From an uncultured Acidobacteriota bacterium (GTDB lineage: Bacteria > Acidobacteriota > UBA6911 > RPQK01 > JAPXNP01): a stretch of DNA of 64,000 nt. The stretch covers positions 320,001 to 384,000 of the forward strand of contig CAVZRV010000011.1 in NCBI GenBank assembly GCA_963777605.1, in the 5' to 3' direction. This document shows, in pieces, positions 1 through 9,979 of this stretch; position 1 is the stretch's first letter; each line of letters begins with the position of its first letter. The notes below the pieces were generated by a model. That model was not told the origin of the DNA, searched no databases, and worked only from the letters and a program-made list of their open reading frames with translations. Both the position numbers and the translations under genes were made by a program.

Positions 1-901
1 CAAACGCGACGGAGGACCCTCGATGGGGCACTCGGGGGTGATCCCGGAAATCGAGCAGGAAGGCGTGACGGAGGATGAAATAGTCGGGAGTATCCAGGAA
101 TCCAGGGAGGTCGACCAGGGGAAAGCGCGCTTCGACAGGTGGATCGCTTCGAGGAACCGCCAGGGTGTTGCCGAGAAACCCGAGCCTCAACGTGTAGCCG
201 ATCCGCCGGGTAAACTGGTACCCGGTCACCCCTTCCGCAAGTTGGTCTTTGACCCGGTAGCGCGACTGGTTGTCCTTCAGCGAATCCGGCCCGGGCCCGA
301 AGAACGACTCGTCCGTCCGGTCTCGCCAGCGCAGGTTGGCGTACAGCTTGAACCGGCTGAAGCTCTCCTGTCGAAAATCCCCAAGCTCTTCTATCCCTTC
401 CGTTTCGAACTTGCGGGAGGGCATCCGCCTTCCCCGGTTCGGGATCAGGCCGAACTGGAGATCGTAGAGCTGGTACCTGCGCCAGGAGTAGAAAGCAGAT
501 CCCATCACGTCCAGTGAGCCAACAGCACCCGGCTTCCAATAGCGAATACCAAGGGCAGGACCTGATCCGCGCGCTATCCAGTCAACCCTTGGGTGAAATC
601 CCCGGAAGTTGGCGTCTTCGATCGACTGACTACCCTTCTGGTCGAACCGCTTCAGATACTTCTTCAGTAGCGAATCAGGTGGTGGAGGTTTGACCTCTTT
701 CCTCCTCGCCTCCCGCTCCTTTCTCAGTCGATCGATCCGGGTCTGCGGTGACGAATCCTGCGGGGCCTGCTTGCGGGATGTTTCCGATTCTGCCTGCGAA
801 GAGGATTGGGCAGCCGCCATCGATGAGGCGGCCAGACAGATACCGACTATCAGTACCATTCGTTTCGGGATGAGTCTGCAATTTTGAAATCTTCTTCTCA
901 T
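1..901 (-). CDS. BamA/TamA (Omp85/surface antigen)-family outer-membrane beta-barrel protein, N-terminal part; runs off the window edge
   Basis: Not in the ORF track. Manual translation from ATG 901 gives MRRRFQNCRLIPKRMVLIVGICLAASSMAAAQ (signal peptide)...GSGPALGIRYW...MGSAFYSWRRYQLYDLQF...FFGPGPDS...FLLDFRDHPRVPHRG with no stop before base 1. The alternating strands and the DxRD..P..G motif are typical of Omp85 barrels. Confidence 0.7.
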   Translation of the reverse strand, partial: MRRRFQNCRLIPKRMVLIVGICLAASSMAAAQSSSQAESETSRKQAPQDSSPQTRIDRLRKEREARRKEVKPPPPDSLLKKYLKRFDQKGSQSIEDANFRGFHPRVDWIARGSGPALGIRYWKPGAVGSLDVMGSAFYSWRRYQLYDLQFGLIPNRGRRMPSRKFETEGIEELGDFRQESFSRFKLYANLRWRDRTDESFFGPGPDSLKDNQSRYRVKDQLAEGVTGYQFTRRIGYTLRLGFLGNTLAVPRSDPPVEARFPLVDLPGFLDTPDYFILRHAFLLDFRDHPRVPHRGSSVAF

Positions 902-1246
902 CTGTTTTGCGACCCGTCAGGTCTCCCCATTCGGTACCCGACGAAGACCAAAGCCTCATTCCCCGCCAACTGCTGAGCGCCCTGAAGTCTGGAATCCAGG
1001 GTCCGGAGTCAGAGCTTGGCATGCACCTGCGGATTTCTGAGTCAGGGCACTCGCTAGCATTATACGGACAGCGTAACTTAAAGAGCTAGAAACCCAAGAG
1101 GGTTCACCACCCGGTAAATCCGCAAGCTGGGAACCCAGCCGACGATAATTTGGTTCCATGCCCAACCGGTGAAGCAAGGCGCATTACAATCTGATAGTTT
1201 GTATCCTGATTTTGGCTGGAGGCCCGCACCTGTGAAAGCTCTTTCG

Positions 1247-2530
1247 ATGTTGAGGCTGATTCCACTCCTCGCCATATTCGGCGTCACAGTTGCACAGGGG
1301 CCACCGCGCCGGCTCAGCTTGGAAGACTGCATTGTGCTCGCGGAATCGGCGCCTTCGTCGATTTCCGCTTCCCAACTGGAACTGGAAGCCTCTGGTTACG
1401 CCTTGACCCGTTCTCGTGCCGCCTTCCTGCCGCAGGTCCAGGTTCAAAACGACGTCACGTACAACAACCCACAACGAACCGGTGATCCTTCTGTTCAGAG
1501 TTTCGTCGCGCTCAACGGGATTCGGGAGTACCTCACCGTAGTCAATGCCCAGGTCGAACTGGACACTTCGGGTCGTCTGCGCGCCGATCACGCGCGCGCC
1601 GGCGCCGATCGGGACGCGGCTTCCGCACGGCTGCAAATTGCCCGGAACACCCTGAAGCAGCAGGTAACGATATCCTATTACGGATTGCTTGGCGCCCGCC
1701 GCCTGCACGCAGTGGCGCTTCAGTCGCTCAATGAAGCCCGTGATTTCGAGTCACTCACAAGGCGGCTCAGCGAAAGGGGTGAAGTCGCCCGGGCCGACCT
1801 CGTTCGGGCTTCTGCCGAAACCGCGTTTCGCGAACAGGCCGCACGGACGGCGGCACTCGACGCGGCTTCCGCCAACCGCACGCTCGCATCATTCTGGACC
1901 GCCGAGGTGGACGAACCGGTGCCTATCGAGGACTCCCTCGAAACCCTTCCCGACCCGCCCACGCCGCCCCTGGAAAACGCACCAGGGGACGAGGCGCCCT
2001 ATTTCGTACGGCCCGAGCTCCATCTTTTCGATGCCGAGATCAGAGGATTCCAGGCCGACGCCCGCAGGTCTCGGGCGGACCTCTTCCCCCAGGCTAGCCT
2101 GGTTTACCAGTACGGACTCGATTCCAACCGCTGGGCTATTGCGGACCGGGGTTACGCCCTCTTTTTCAACCTCAACATCCCCGTTTTTGACTGGTTCAAA
2201 GCGCGCAGCGGGTATCGTCAGGCGAGTCTGACCGCAGCCGCCACGACCGAGCGCAGGCAAATGGCCGAGCGCGAATACTCTCGCCAGTACCTCGACGCAC
2301 GCGACCGGGTTAACACCCTTTTCGATCAGATCCCCATTGCGAGGGAACAGGTCAGCCTCTTCGAGGAGGACCTGCGCCTCAGCCGCCTTCGATACAAGGC
2401 GGGGGAGGGCTCTGCTCTCGACGTGGTAACAGCACAGGGTCGCCTTGCCGACGCGAGGATCAACCTCCTCAACACGTTGAAAGGTTTCTGGACTGCGAAG
2501 GCCGACCTGGAGGCGGCGATGGGCAAATGA
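1247..2530 (+). CDS. TolC-family outer-membrane efflux protein
   Basis: Signal peptide MLRLIPLLAIFG; two OEP-like halves (RAAFLPQV, RADLFPQA, LNIPVFDW, RYKAGEGSALDV). Stop overlaps the next ATG. Confidence 0.9.
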   Translation: MLRLIPLLAIFGVTVAQGPPRRLSLEDCIVLAESAPSSISASQLELEASGYALTRSRAAFLPQVQVQNDVTYNNPQRTGDPSVQSFVALNGIREYLTVVNAQVELDTSGRLRADHARAGADRDAASARLQIARNTLKQQVTISYYGLLGARRLHAVALQSLNEARDFESLTRRLSERGEVARADLVRASAETAFREQAARTAALDAASANRTLASFWTAEVDEPVPIEDSLETLPDPPTPPLENAPGDEAPYFVRPELHLFDAEIRGFQADARRSRADLFPQASLVYQYGLDSNRWAIADRGYALFFNLNIPVFDWFKARSGYRQASLTAAATTERRQMAEREYSRQYLDARDRVNTLFDQIPIAREQVSLFEEDLRLSRLRYKAGEGSALDVVTAQGRLADARINLLNTLKGFWTAKADLEAAMGK

Positions 2531-3756
2531 GAACCAGCTTGATACTTGGACTGCTCCTTTCACTTGCCGCCTGCTCTTCGACCGATCAAGAAGCTCCGAG
2601 TCCACTGGTTCAAGTGCGGGTAGCGCCCGTCAAACGGACCCGGATTGAACGCAAAATCGAGGCTCCGGCAACCCTTTATCCAGCTATGGAGGCGACGATA
2701 TCGGCGCGCCTCACCGCCCCGGTCGAAACGATGCCCGTGCAAAAAGGAGATGCCGTTGCCAAAGACCAGGTTCTCCTCTTGCTCGATGCCAGCGACCTCG
2801 AAGCCGAGCGAGCCGAGGCCGAATTTGCGGTGGCTGACGCCGAAGCCAACCTGCACAGGCTGCAGAGTGGAACTCTCCCGGGAGACCTGGAACGGGCGAA
2901 GGGGCAGGTTGAGTCAACCGAAGCCGTCTTGAGCCAGGCCCGCGATACTTACAACCGGCGCAAGGAACTGTATTCCGAAGGAGCCATCCCCCAGAAAGAC
3001 TTCCTCACCAGTGAGACCGCACTTCGCCAGGCGGAGGTCGATTACCAGAATGCCTCCCGGGCGCTGGACCTTCTCGAGAACCAGACCAGTAATCAGGACA
3101 TCAAAATCGCGAAGTTGCGGCGCGATCAGCAGCAGGCCCGCCTCGACCTGATCACGACTCGACTTCAGTTTGCCCGGATCCGCAGCCCCTTCGGCGGCTT
3201 CGTCACCGAGCAGTTCGTCTACCCGGGAGACATGGCTCAACCCGGCACACCGCTCGTGAAGGTATCCGACCTTTCGAGCCTGGTAGCGCGGGCCCAGGTC
3301 CCGGACTCGTCGGCGTCGCCCATCGACGTGGGCCAGGACTGCAACTTCGCGGCGGTCGACTTTCCCGACCAGGCACTGTCGGGAAAAGTATCGGTGGTCA
3401 ACCGGGCCACTGATCCGGTCCGCCGGACCGTCGAGGTTTGGTGTGAGCTCCCAGACCCACCCAAAACGGCCCGCGCCGGATGGTATGGACAAGCCACGTT
3501 CCTTCTCGGAGCCGAGACCGGCCTGGTCGTCCCCAAGTCGGCCGTCCAGTTCGTCGAAGGCACCCACAAGGGAACCGCGATGGTCGTCGACAGCAACGAG
3601 GTTGCCCATTCCAAAGAAGTGGAAACCGGCTTGGTGTTCGACGACGAGGTGGAGATTCTCAATGGACTGTCGGAGGGCGATAACGTCGTCACCGAGGGCG
3701 GCTATGGCTTGCCCGACGGCACCCAGGTCCGACCGGCCAAGGCAGGTTCGAAGTGA
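2527..3756 (+). CDS. RND efflux periplasmic adaptor (MFP) lipoprotein
   Basis: Lipobox LAAC; VQKGDAV, IRSPFGGFV, VVPKSAV, GLSEGDNVVTEG motifs. Confidence 0.92.
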   Translation: MRTSLILGLLLSLAACSSTDQEAPSPLVQVRVAPVKRTRIERKIEAPATLYPAMEATISARLTAPVETMPVQKGDAVAKDQVLLLLDASDLEAERAEAEFAVADAEANLHRLQSGTLPGDLERAKGQVESTEAVLSQARDTYNRRKELYSEGAIPQKDFLTSETALRQAEVDYQNASRALDLLENQTSNQDIKIAKLRRDQQQARLDLITTRLQFARIRSPFGGFVTEQFVYPGDMAQPGTPLVKVSDLSSLVARAQVPDSSASPIDVGQDCNFAAVDFPDQALSGKVSVVNRATDPVRRTVEVWCELPDPPKTARAGWYGQATFLLGAETGLVVPKSAVQFVEGTHKGTAMVVDSNEVAHSKEVETGLVFDDEVEILNGLSEGDNVVTEGGYGLPDGTQVRPAKAGSK

Positions 3757-6700
3757 ATCTGCCCGTCGGAGATTTTGTTGAACGCCACTGGCGGGCCCTC
3801 CTGATCGTCTGTCTCTGCTTCGCGCTGGCCGGAATCATCTTTGTCTTCCAGACCCCGATTGCGATATTTCCACAGACAGACTTTCCCCGCATCGTCATCC
3901 TGGTGGACAGCGGGATCAATCCGGTCGACGTCCAGATGCTCTCCGTGACCCGACCCGATCGAAGAAGCGGTCCGCATGGTTCCCGGGATTACCGATGTCC
4001 GATCGGTCACCGGACGGGGATCATCCGAGATCAGTGTCTTCTTCCGGTGGGACGTTGACATTTTCAATGCCCTTCACCTCGTCCAGGGTCGAATTTCCCA
4101 GTTACTCCCGGAACTCCCGTCCAGTTCCCGTTTCTACATCAACCGCCTGACCTTCTCGGTCTTCCCCATGATCGGGTTCAGCATCACTTCTCCCCAGCGC
4201 TCTACGTCGGAACTGTGGGACCGTGCCTATTACGACCTCGTCCCCCGGCTCTACAGATTGCCCGGGATCGCCGAGATCAAGATCGTCGGCGGGAGACCCT
4301 CGGAATACCATGTCGTCGTCGATCCGGAGAAACTGAACAGCTACCAGTTGCCGTTAACCCAGGTTGTCACCGCAATCCGTGACAGCAACCTGATCGCACC
4401 GGCCGGAATGGTTGAAGACAACTACCACCTTTACCTTTCGGGTGTGAACGGCCTGGTTCACGAACCGTCTCAAATCGGGGAAATGGTGGTCGCGACCCTT
4501 GCCGGAACTCCGGTGCGCATCAAGGACGTCGCCATAGTGCAACCGGGGGAGAAACCGGTTTACAACATCGTGACCGCCGATGGCCGACCGGCTGTTCTGA
4601 TCAACATCATGCAGCAGCCGGACGGAAACGCTATCGCTATCGCCGACAGCGTGAAAGCGGAGATGGAATCGATCCGCAGTTCGCTTCCGCCCGATATCCA
4701 GCTCGCGGTCTTCTACGATCAGTCTCTTCTCGTCAGGGACTCTATTTCCGGTGTCGCCGAGGCGATGCTGATCGGGCTTCTTCTCTCGGTGCTGGTCCTT
4801 CTCGCCTTTCTGAAGAACTGGCGGACCACTCTGATCGCTTCGCTGGTGATTCCGGTTGCCATGCTCGTTGCCGTCGTGTTCATGAAGCTCTTCCAAATGA
4901 GCTTCAACCTGATGACCCTCGGCGGGATGGCTGCTGCAGTTGGTGTCGTCATCGACGACGCCATCGTCATGGTGGAAAACATCACCGTCCACCTCGCCTC
5001 GGGCCAGTCTCCCCTGGAAGCTTCCAAGAACGCCATCCAGGAACTCACGCCGGCGCTGATCGGTTCGACCCTGACGCCGATTGTCGTGTTTGCCCCCCTG
5101 ATCTTTCTCGGAGGGATCACGGCGGTATTCTTCCGCGCGCTTGCGTTGACTCTCTCCACGGCGCTGCTGGCCTCCCTCTTCCTGGCCATTTTCGTCACTC
5201 CGGTTCTGGCATCCCGACTGCTCAAACAGACATCGGTGATCGGCACTGCGACCTCGGGTGACGAGATCCACGTTGGAGAAGGGAAAATCCTCCGTTTCCT
5301 GAACGGCAAGTACGAGCGGACCCTCCACTGGAGCCTCGACCACACCCTGGTGATCGTGACGCTCTCTCTGCTCATCTTCGGGGGATCGGTCGGTCTGTAC
5401 CTCACGCTGGGAAGCGGGTTCCTTCCGGAAATCGATGAGGGGGCCTTCGTACTCGACTACGTCATGCCTCCGGGCACTTCCCTTACGGAAACGGACCGTG
5501 TCCTTCGCCACGTCGAGGAGATCCTCCGGAACACCCCGGAAGTGGAAAGCTACTCGAGACGGACCGGGGCGAGGCTTGCCCTGGCCATTGCCGAACCGAA
5601 CACGGGAGATTTCCTGGTCAAGCTGAAGTCGCAGAGATCCCGGGGCCTGGCCGAAATCACCGACGACTTGCGCCGGCAGATCCTCCAGTCGGAACCAGCT
5701 CTCGAAGTCGAGTTCCCCCACATCCTGGAAGACCTGATCGGAGACCTGACATGGTCTCCGGAACCGATCGAAGTGAAGATCTACCAGGATAACGAGAACC
5801 TCGCCGACGAAGCTGCCAGGAAAGTGGAGGAATGGCTTCCGTCGGTGCCGGGAGTGGTCGATGTCGTCGATCAGAATGTCGTGATCGGCCCGTCAGTCAA
5901 CTTCCGAGTTGACCTGGACAGGGCCGGACGCGCCGGGTTCACAGTGCGCGATGTGGCTGACATCGAATCGGCAGTCGTCGATGGAACGGTGGCGTCAACA
6001 ATGATCCAGGGAACCCGGGAGAAAGCGATCCGGGTTCGCTACCCAACCCGGTACCGCAAGTCATTCGACTCCCTCGAGAGCCTGCTGGTCACCTCCCCGA
6101 CCGGGAACACCCTGCCCCTTTCGAGCATTGCGCATCAGGTCAACGAGCCGGACCAGCGCGAAATCCACCGCGAGAACCTGCGTAACATAGCCCAGGTGAC
6201 GGCACAGCTTTCGGGACGGGATCTGGGTTCGGCGATGAGCGAAATCCAGCGGCGGCTCCCCCAGGAAGTTGAGCTGCCGGCCGGAACCGAAATCGGCTAC
6301 GGCGGCCTCTACCAGCTGCAGCAGGAGTCGTTCCGCGGACTCCTCCAGGTCCTGCTCCTGTCGATCCTGCTCATCTTCGTGATCCTGGTCTTTGAGTTCC
6401 GGTCCTTCTCCCACCCGATCGCCATCCTGGTTGCGACGCTGCTGTGTAGTTTCGGGGCCCTGCTCGCACTTCACCTCACGGGATCCACCCTGAACATTTC
6501 CTCCATCATGGGAGCCATCATGGTGGTCGGAATTGTGCACAAGAACGGAATCCTCATGCTCGACGCCGAGGGGCACTTCACCGAGGAAGGGCATCCACTG
6601 AAGGAAGCGATCTTTCTCGCCGGAAGACGCCGCCTTCGCCCCATCCTCATGACAGCCCTGGCCACCATCTTCGGGATGCTTCCGCTGGCTTTCAGGGTCG

Positions 6701-6825
6701 GTTCCGGGGCCGAACTGCTCTCGCCTCTGGCAATCGCGGTCATTGGCGGCGTGGCAGTTTCGATGCTCCTGTCTCTTGTGGTCACCCCGATTCTGTTCTA
6801 CCGTCTCAGAAAGTGGGGACTGTAG
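3753..6825 (+). CDS. RND efflux permease (AcrB/CzcA family), split by a +1 frameshift at ~3954-3956
   Basis: Removing one C from CGACCCGATC restores VTRPIEEAVRMVPG. DDAIVMVEN, KNGIL and RRRLRPILMT motifs are present. Confidence 0.9.
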
Positions 6826-6845
6826 ACAATTTCCTGGAGAAGCCG

Positions 6846-7706
6846 ATGGACAATCCGGACACAGCCGTGCTGCTTCTTTCCTGCAGGGATCGATCGGGCC
6901 TGGTTTCGCGGATCTCCCACTTCATTTTCGAACGCGGAGGCAACATCGTCGATCTGGCCGAACATGTCTCCCGCAGCGAGGAGATCTTCTCCCTCCGGGT
7001 CGCCTGGGAACTGGACCACTTCTCGATTTCGGCGGACGAACTGGACGATGCCTTCGCTCCTCTGGCCCGGGAATTCCGTGCCGACTGGAAGATTTACCGG
7101 AGGAAGGATCTCTCCAATGTCGCCGTCTTTGTCTCCAGGTACGACCATTGTCTTCAGGACCTGTTGTGGCGTCACCGCGCAGGTGAGCTTCCGTGCCGGC
7201 TGAAACTCATCGTTTCCAACCACCCTGACCTCGAGCCCCTGGCGCAGTTCTTTGCGATCCCTTATCACGTGTCTCCAAAGTCTCCCGAGACGAAGCCAGC
7301 CCAGGAAGAGTGCGAACTGGGGCTCCTGGAAAAGCACGAGATCGACACGATCGTTCTCGCCCGCTACATGCAGGTTCTCTCCTCGGAGTTCGTCGGCCGC
7401 TATCCCAGCCAGGTCATCAACATCCACCACTCTTTCCTGCCCGCCTTTGCGGGAGGCAATCCCTACCGGCAGGCCTACGACCGTGGGGTAAAGATCATCG
7501 GGGCAACCAGCCACTACGCGACCGCCGAGTTGGACGAAGGACCAATCATCGAACAGGACGTGACGCGAGTCTCTCACCGGGACAGCGTCGAGGACATGGT
7601 GCGCAAGGGCCGTGATCTCGAACGGGTGGTCCTGGCCCGCGCCGTCAAAGCCCACCTGGAAAAACGTATTCTGGTGTTGGGCAACAAGACGGTCGTGTTC
7701 GACTGA
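6846..7706 (+). CDS. purU: formyltetrahydrofolate deformylase
   Basis: N-terminal ACT domain (CRDRSGLV); LARYMQVLS, INIHHSFLPAF, GVKIIGATSHY, LDEGPIIEQDV. Confidence 0.96.
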   Translation: MDNPDTAVLLLSCRDRSGLVSRISHFIFERGGNIVDLAEHVSRSEEIFSLRVAWELDHFSISADELDDAFAPLAREFRADWKIYRRKDLSNVAVFVSRYDHCLQDLLWRHRAGELPCRLKLIVSNHPDLEPLAQFFAIPYHVSPKSPETKPAQEECELGLLEKHEIDTIVLARYMQVLSSEFVGRYPSQVINIHHSFLPAFAGGNPYRQAYDRGVKIIGATSHYATAELDEGPIIEQDVTRVSHRDSVEDMVRKGRDLERVVLARAVKAHLEKRILVLGNKTVVFD

Positions 7707-7716
7707 ATCGGGAGTG

Positions 7717-7797
7717 GAGGGATTAGAGGGTTTAGAGAAGTTGGAGGGTTGGAGGAATGCCCCCTTCCGCCTCTCCAGTCCCTCCAGTCTCCCCAAT
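7717..7797. repeat. imperfect palindrome built from ~9-nt tandem units (REP-like)
   Basis: Left arm gagggatta/gagggttta/gagaagttg/gagggttg; right arm ctctccagt/ccctccagt/ctccccaat; lies just after the purU stop. Confidence 0.65.
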
Positions 7798-7925
7798 CGC
7801 CTATTGCCTCTGGTGCCCAACCCCGGGGTAGAGTCTTTCCAAAAAAAGAAGCCAGATGGATTCCCCAATTGCCACTTCGAGGGGAGTCGGGAACGCTCGA
7901 TAATCACGGGCAGCAAGCCGGACGC

Positions 7926-8490
7926 TTAGGCCGCCGCCCCTGCTCGCGAGGAACCGATCTCCACCGGCAGAACCGGTGTTTCGTAGAGCGGACCCTCGGC
8001 GAGTTCAGCCGGAAAGTTCGGAAGGTGGCCAATCCGCGACAGGCTTCTCACAATTCTCAACGGCCTGCCCCAGTCGTCCCAGTCCACGTCCTGCATGTGG
8101 AGAAGTAGGATTCGAGGAGCTATTCGGGCGACAAGATGGGCAAGATGGGAAGGGAAATCAAAAGCTTGGCATCAGGGTCAGTGCTTCCGATATAGCTCAG
8201 ACCCAGGTGGATGGCGGCACCGGTTCCACGCGAGGATGGCTGCACGAGCACGTGACCCGGAAGGTCTCGGCTGAGAAATCGCTCATGGCCCGACCCGAGG
8301 ATGGTGACGACGTGCTCCGGGCGCACGATCGCAGTTGCCCGGTCGAGAGTGTGATCGAGCATGGTTCGCTGGCCCGAAAAAGCACGGAACTGCTTCGGGA
8401 TGTCCCGGCCGAGCCAACGGGTGACAAATGGCTGCAGCCGCGTCCCCTCGCCGCCAGCAAGGACTATGGCCCAATGAGTTCCGACTCTGC
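7926..8490 (-). pseudogene. sugar-phosphate nucleotidyltransferase (mannose-1-P guanylyltransferase-like) relic with internal deletion
   Basis: N-terminal HWAIVLAGGEGTRL...PKQF...TMLDHTLDRA...QPSSRGTG, then in another frame the C-terminal LLHMQDVDWDDWGRPLRIVRSL...* (stop 7926-7928). The middle of the protein is missing. Confidence 0.75.
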
Positions 8491-8812
8491 GTGATTGGCT
8501 CTGGATTATGGAAGGGGAGAGATTCGCAAAGATGGAAGTCAGGTGGTGACGGACCGTGGCCTCGCTGATGAAAAGGCGCGCCCCGATCTCCTTGTTGCGC
8601 AGCCCCTGGGCTACCAGCGGAATGATTTCGAGTTCGCCGCTGGTCAGCGACCGGATCCGCTCGGCGTCCGAATCCGGCGGGGCACTTCCGCGCCTTCGGA
8701 TCGTTTGAAGCACGCGCGCGGTCAATCCGGGACTGAGCCAGGCATCTCCGCGGCGAACCGTGTCGATGGCTTCGAGGAGGTCTTCGGTGGCCCGGTCCTT
8801 CAGAACCACCCC
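8491..8812 (-). pseudogene. NarL/LuxR response regulator remnant (end of REC + HTH)
   Basis: GVVLKDRATEDLLEAIDTVRRGDAWL...LTSGELEIIPLVAQGLRNKEIGARLFISEATVRHHLTSIFANL; most of the receiver domain is absent. Confidence 0.8.
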
Positions 8813-8953
8813 CAGGGCATCGATCCGTTCCTTCAGTGTCAGTGGAACAAAGGGCGGAACCGGTTCGCTGCAACGGTTTTCGACGGTGATTGTAACGCGG
8901 TTCGCTTCGGCTGTGATCTCGACCCGGGCCGAGACGGACTCATTCAGACTGGC
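8813..8953 (-). pseudogene. possible sensor-kinase HATPase C-terminal fragment
   Basis: Open frame SARVEITAEANRVTITVENRCSEPVPPFVPLTLKERIDALG, continuous with the regulator fragment; resembles the NarX-type '..L.V.D/N..G..F...ER..ALGG' tail. No start codon. Confidence 0.5.
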
Positions 8954-9253
8954 GGGTTACTTTTCGCTTGGAACCTATTCGCTTTCGATCCTGGACGGTG
9001 CCGACATCGACACTCTTCTCGCTTCCCCATTGCTATTTTGATCAACTCTACGTTCTTCGCGTTGCTTTCGAGTACGAATGGGAGAATTCAAGGGACATCG
9101 AGCACAGGGTATTCTTCTCAAAAGAAGATATCCCCCTATCGGCTAAATAGGTTGGCAAGGAACTGTTGAGCGAATCCCGAGAAGAGAGCGATCAGCCGTT
9201 TCTGTCAAGGCGTGACTGCCGCCGTTCTCCGGCAATCGGAGTCGCGGAGAAGG

Positions 9254-9619
9254 ATGTGGAATTTGGAGGATCACGGCGACGGCCGGCGGGTGAGGCGTTT
9301 TTCCGGCGGGCAGGCGCGGTTTTCCTCCTACGGCTCCGAAAAAAGCCCGCTCTTGGAATACAAGGCCGGCACCGGCTGCGAGACCTTCAACCTCTTCTTC
9401 AATGGGAAGCACGCGGCAATCAACAACACCACCGAAGGCCTCCGCTGGCGCCATCTGGATCATCTGGGCAACCTGGTGCTGAAGACGAACAACGCGGGCG
9501 TCGACGTCTGCCGCTACTACACCAAACCGTACGGGGAGCTGAACTCGCGCACCTGCACCGAGGCCGACGACTACTGGTTTACGGACAAGGAACGAGACGC
9601 CGAGACCGGCCCGTTTTGA
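9254..9619 (+). pseudogene. RHS repeat-associated core fragment (truncated)
   Basis: HGDGRRVRR...YG...LLEY...RHLDHLGNLVLKTN...PYGE...YWFTDKERDAETG, then a stop where LDYFGARYY and the toxin tip would follow. Confidence 0.85.
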
Positions 9620-9715
9620 CCCGGTTCAACTGTTGTGGATTTGGCGTCATACCATCGCTCACGAGCGTTGCCGGCCCCCTTTCCAGATGGCTCGAAAACC
9701 GTTAGAATCAAGACT

Positions 9716-9949
9716 ATGGGTAAATCGGGAAAGTCCAACGAGCCAATTGCCACCTGGAGAGTGGAAATCTGGGCGGAGAATGAGGATCACCGACTCCCCA
9801 GAGACGACAGGGCCCGCGAACGAGTCAAAATCATGGACATCGTCGCCAAGACCGCCGAGGAAGCCAGGCAACTGGCCCTCACCGATGACGAAGTTCGCGA
9901 TCGTTGGCCCAAGGCGAACGCAGCAGTCTTTCCGGTCTCTGCAAGTTGA
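9716..9949 (+). CDS. hypothetical small protein (77 aa)
   Basis: MGKSGKSNEPIATWRVEIWAE...IVAKTAEEARQLAL...; GC3-rich codons; TTTCCA-N17-TAGAAT ends 7 nt before the ATG. Confidence 0.55.
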   Translation: MGKSGKSNEPIATWRVEIWAENEDHRLPRDDRARERVKIMDIVAKTAEEARQLALTDDEVRDRWPKANAAVFPVSAS

Positions 9950-9979
9950 GTCGGCAATCCTCGGAACTCCGACCAGGAG

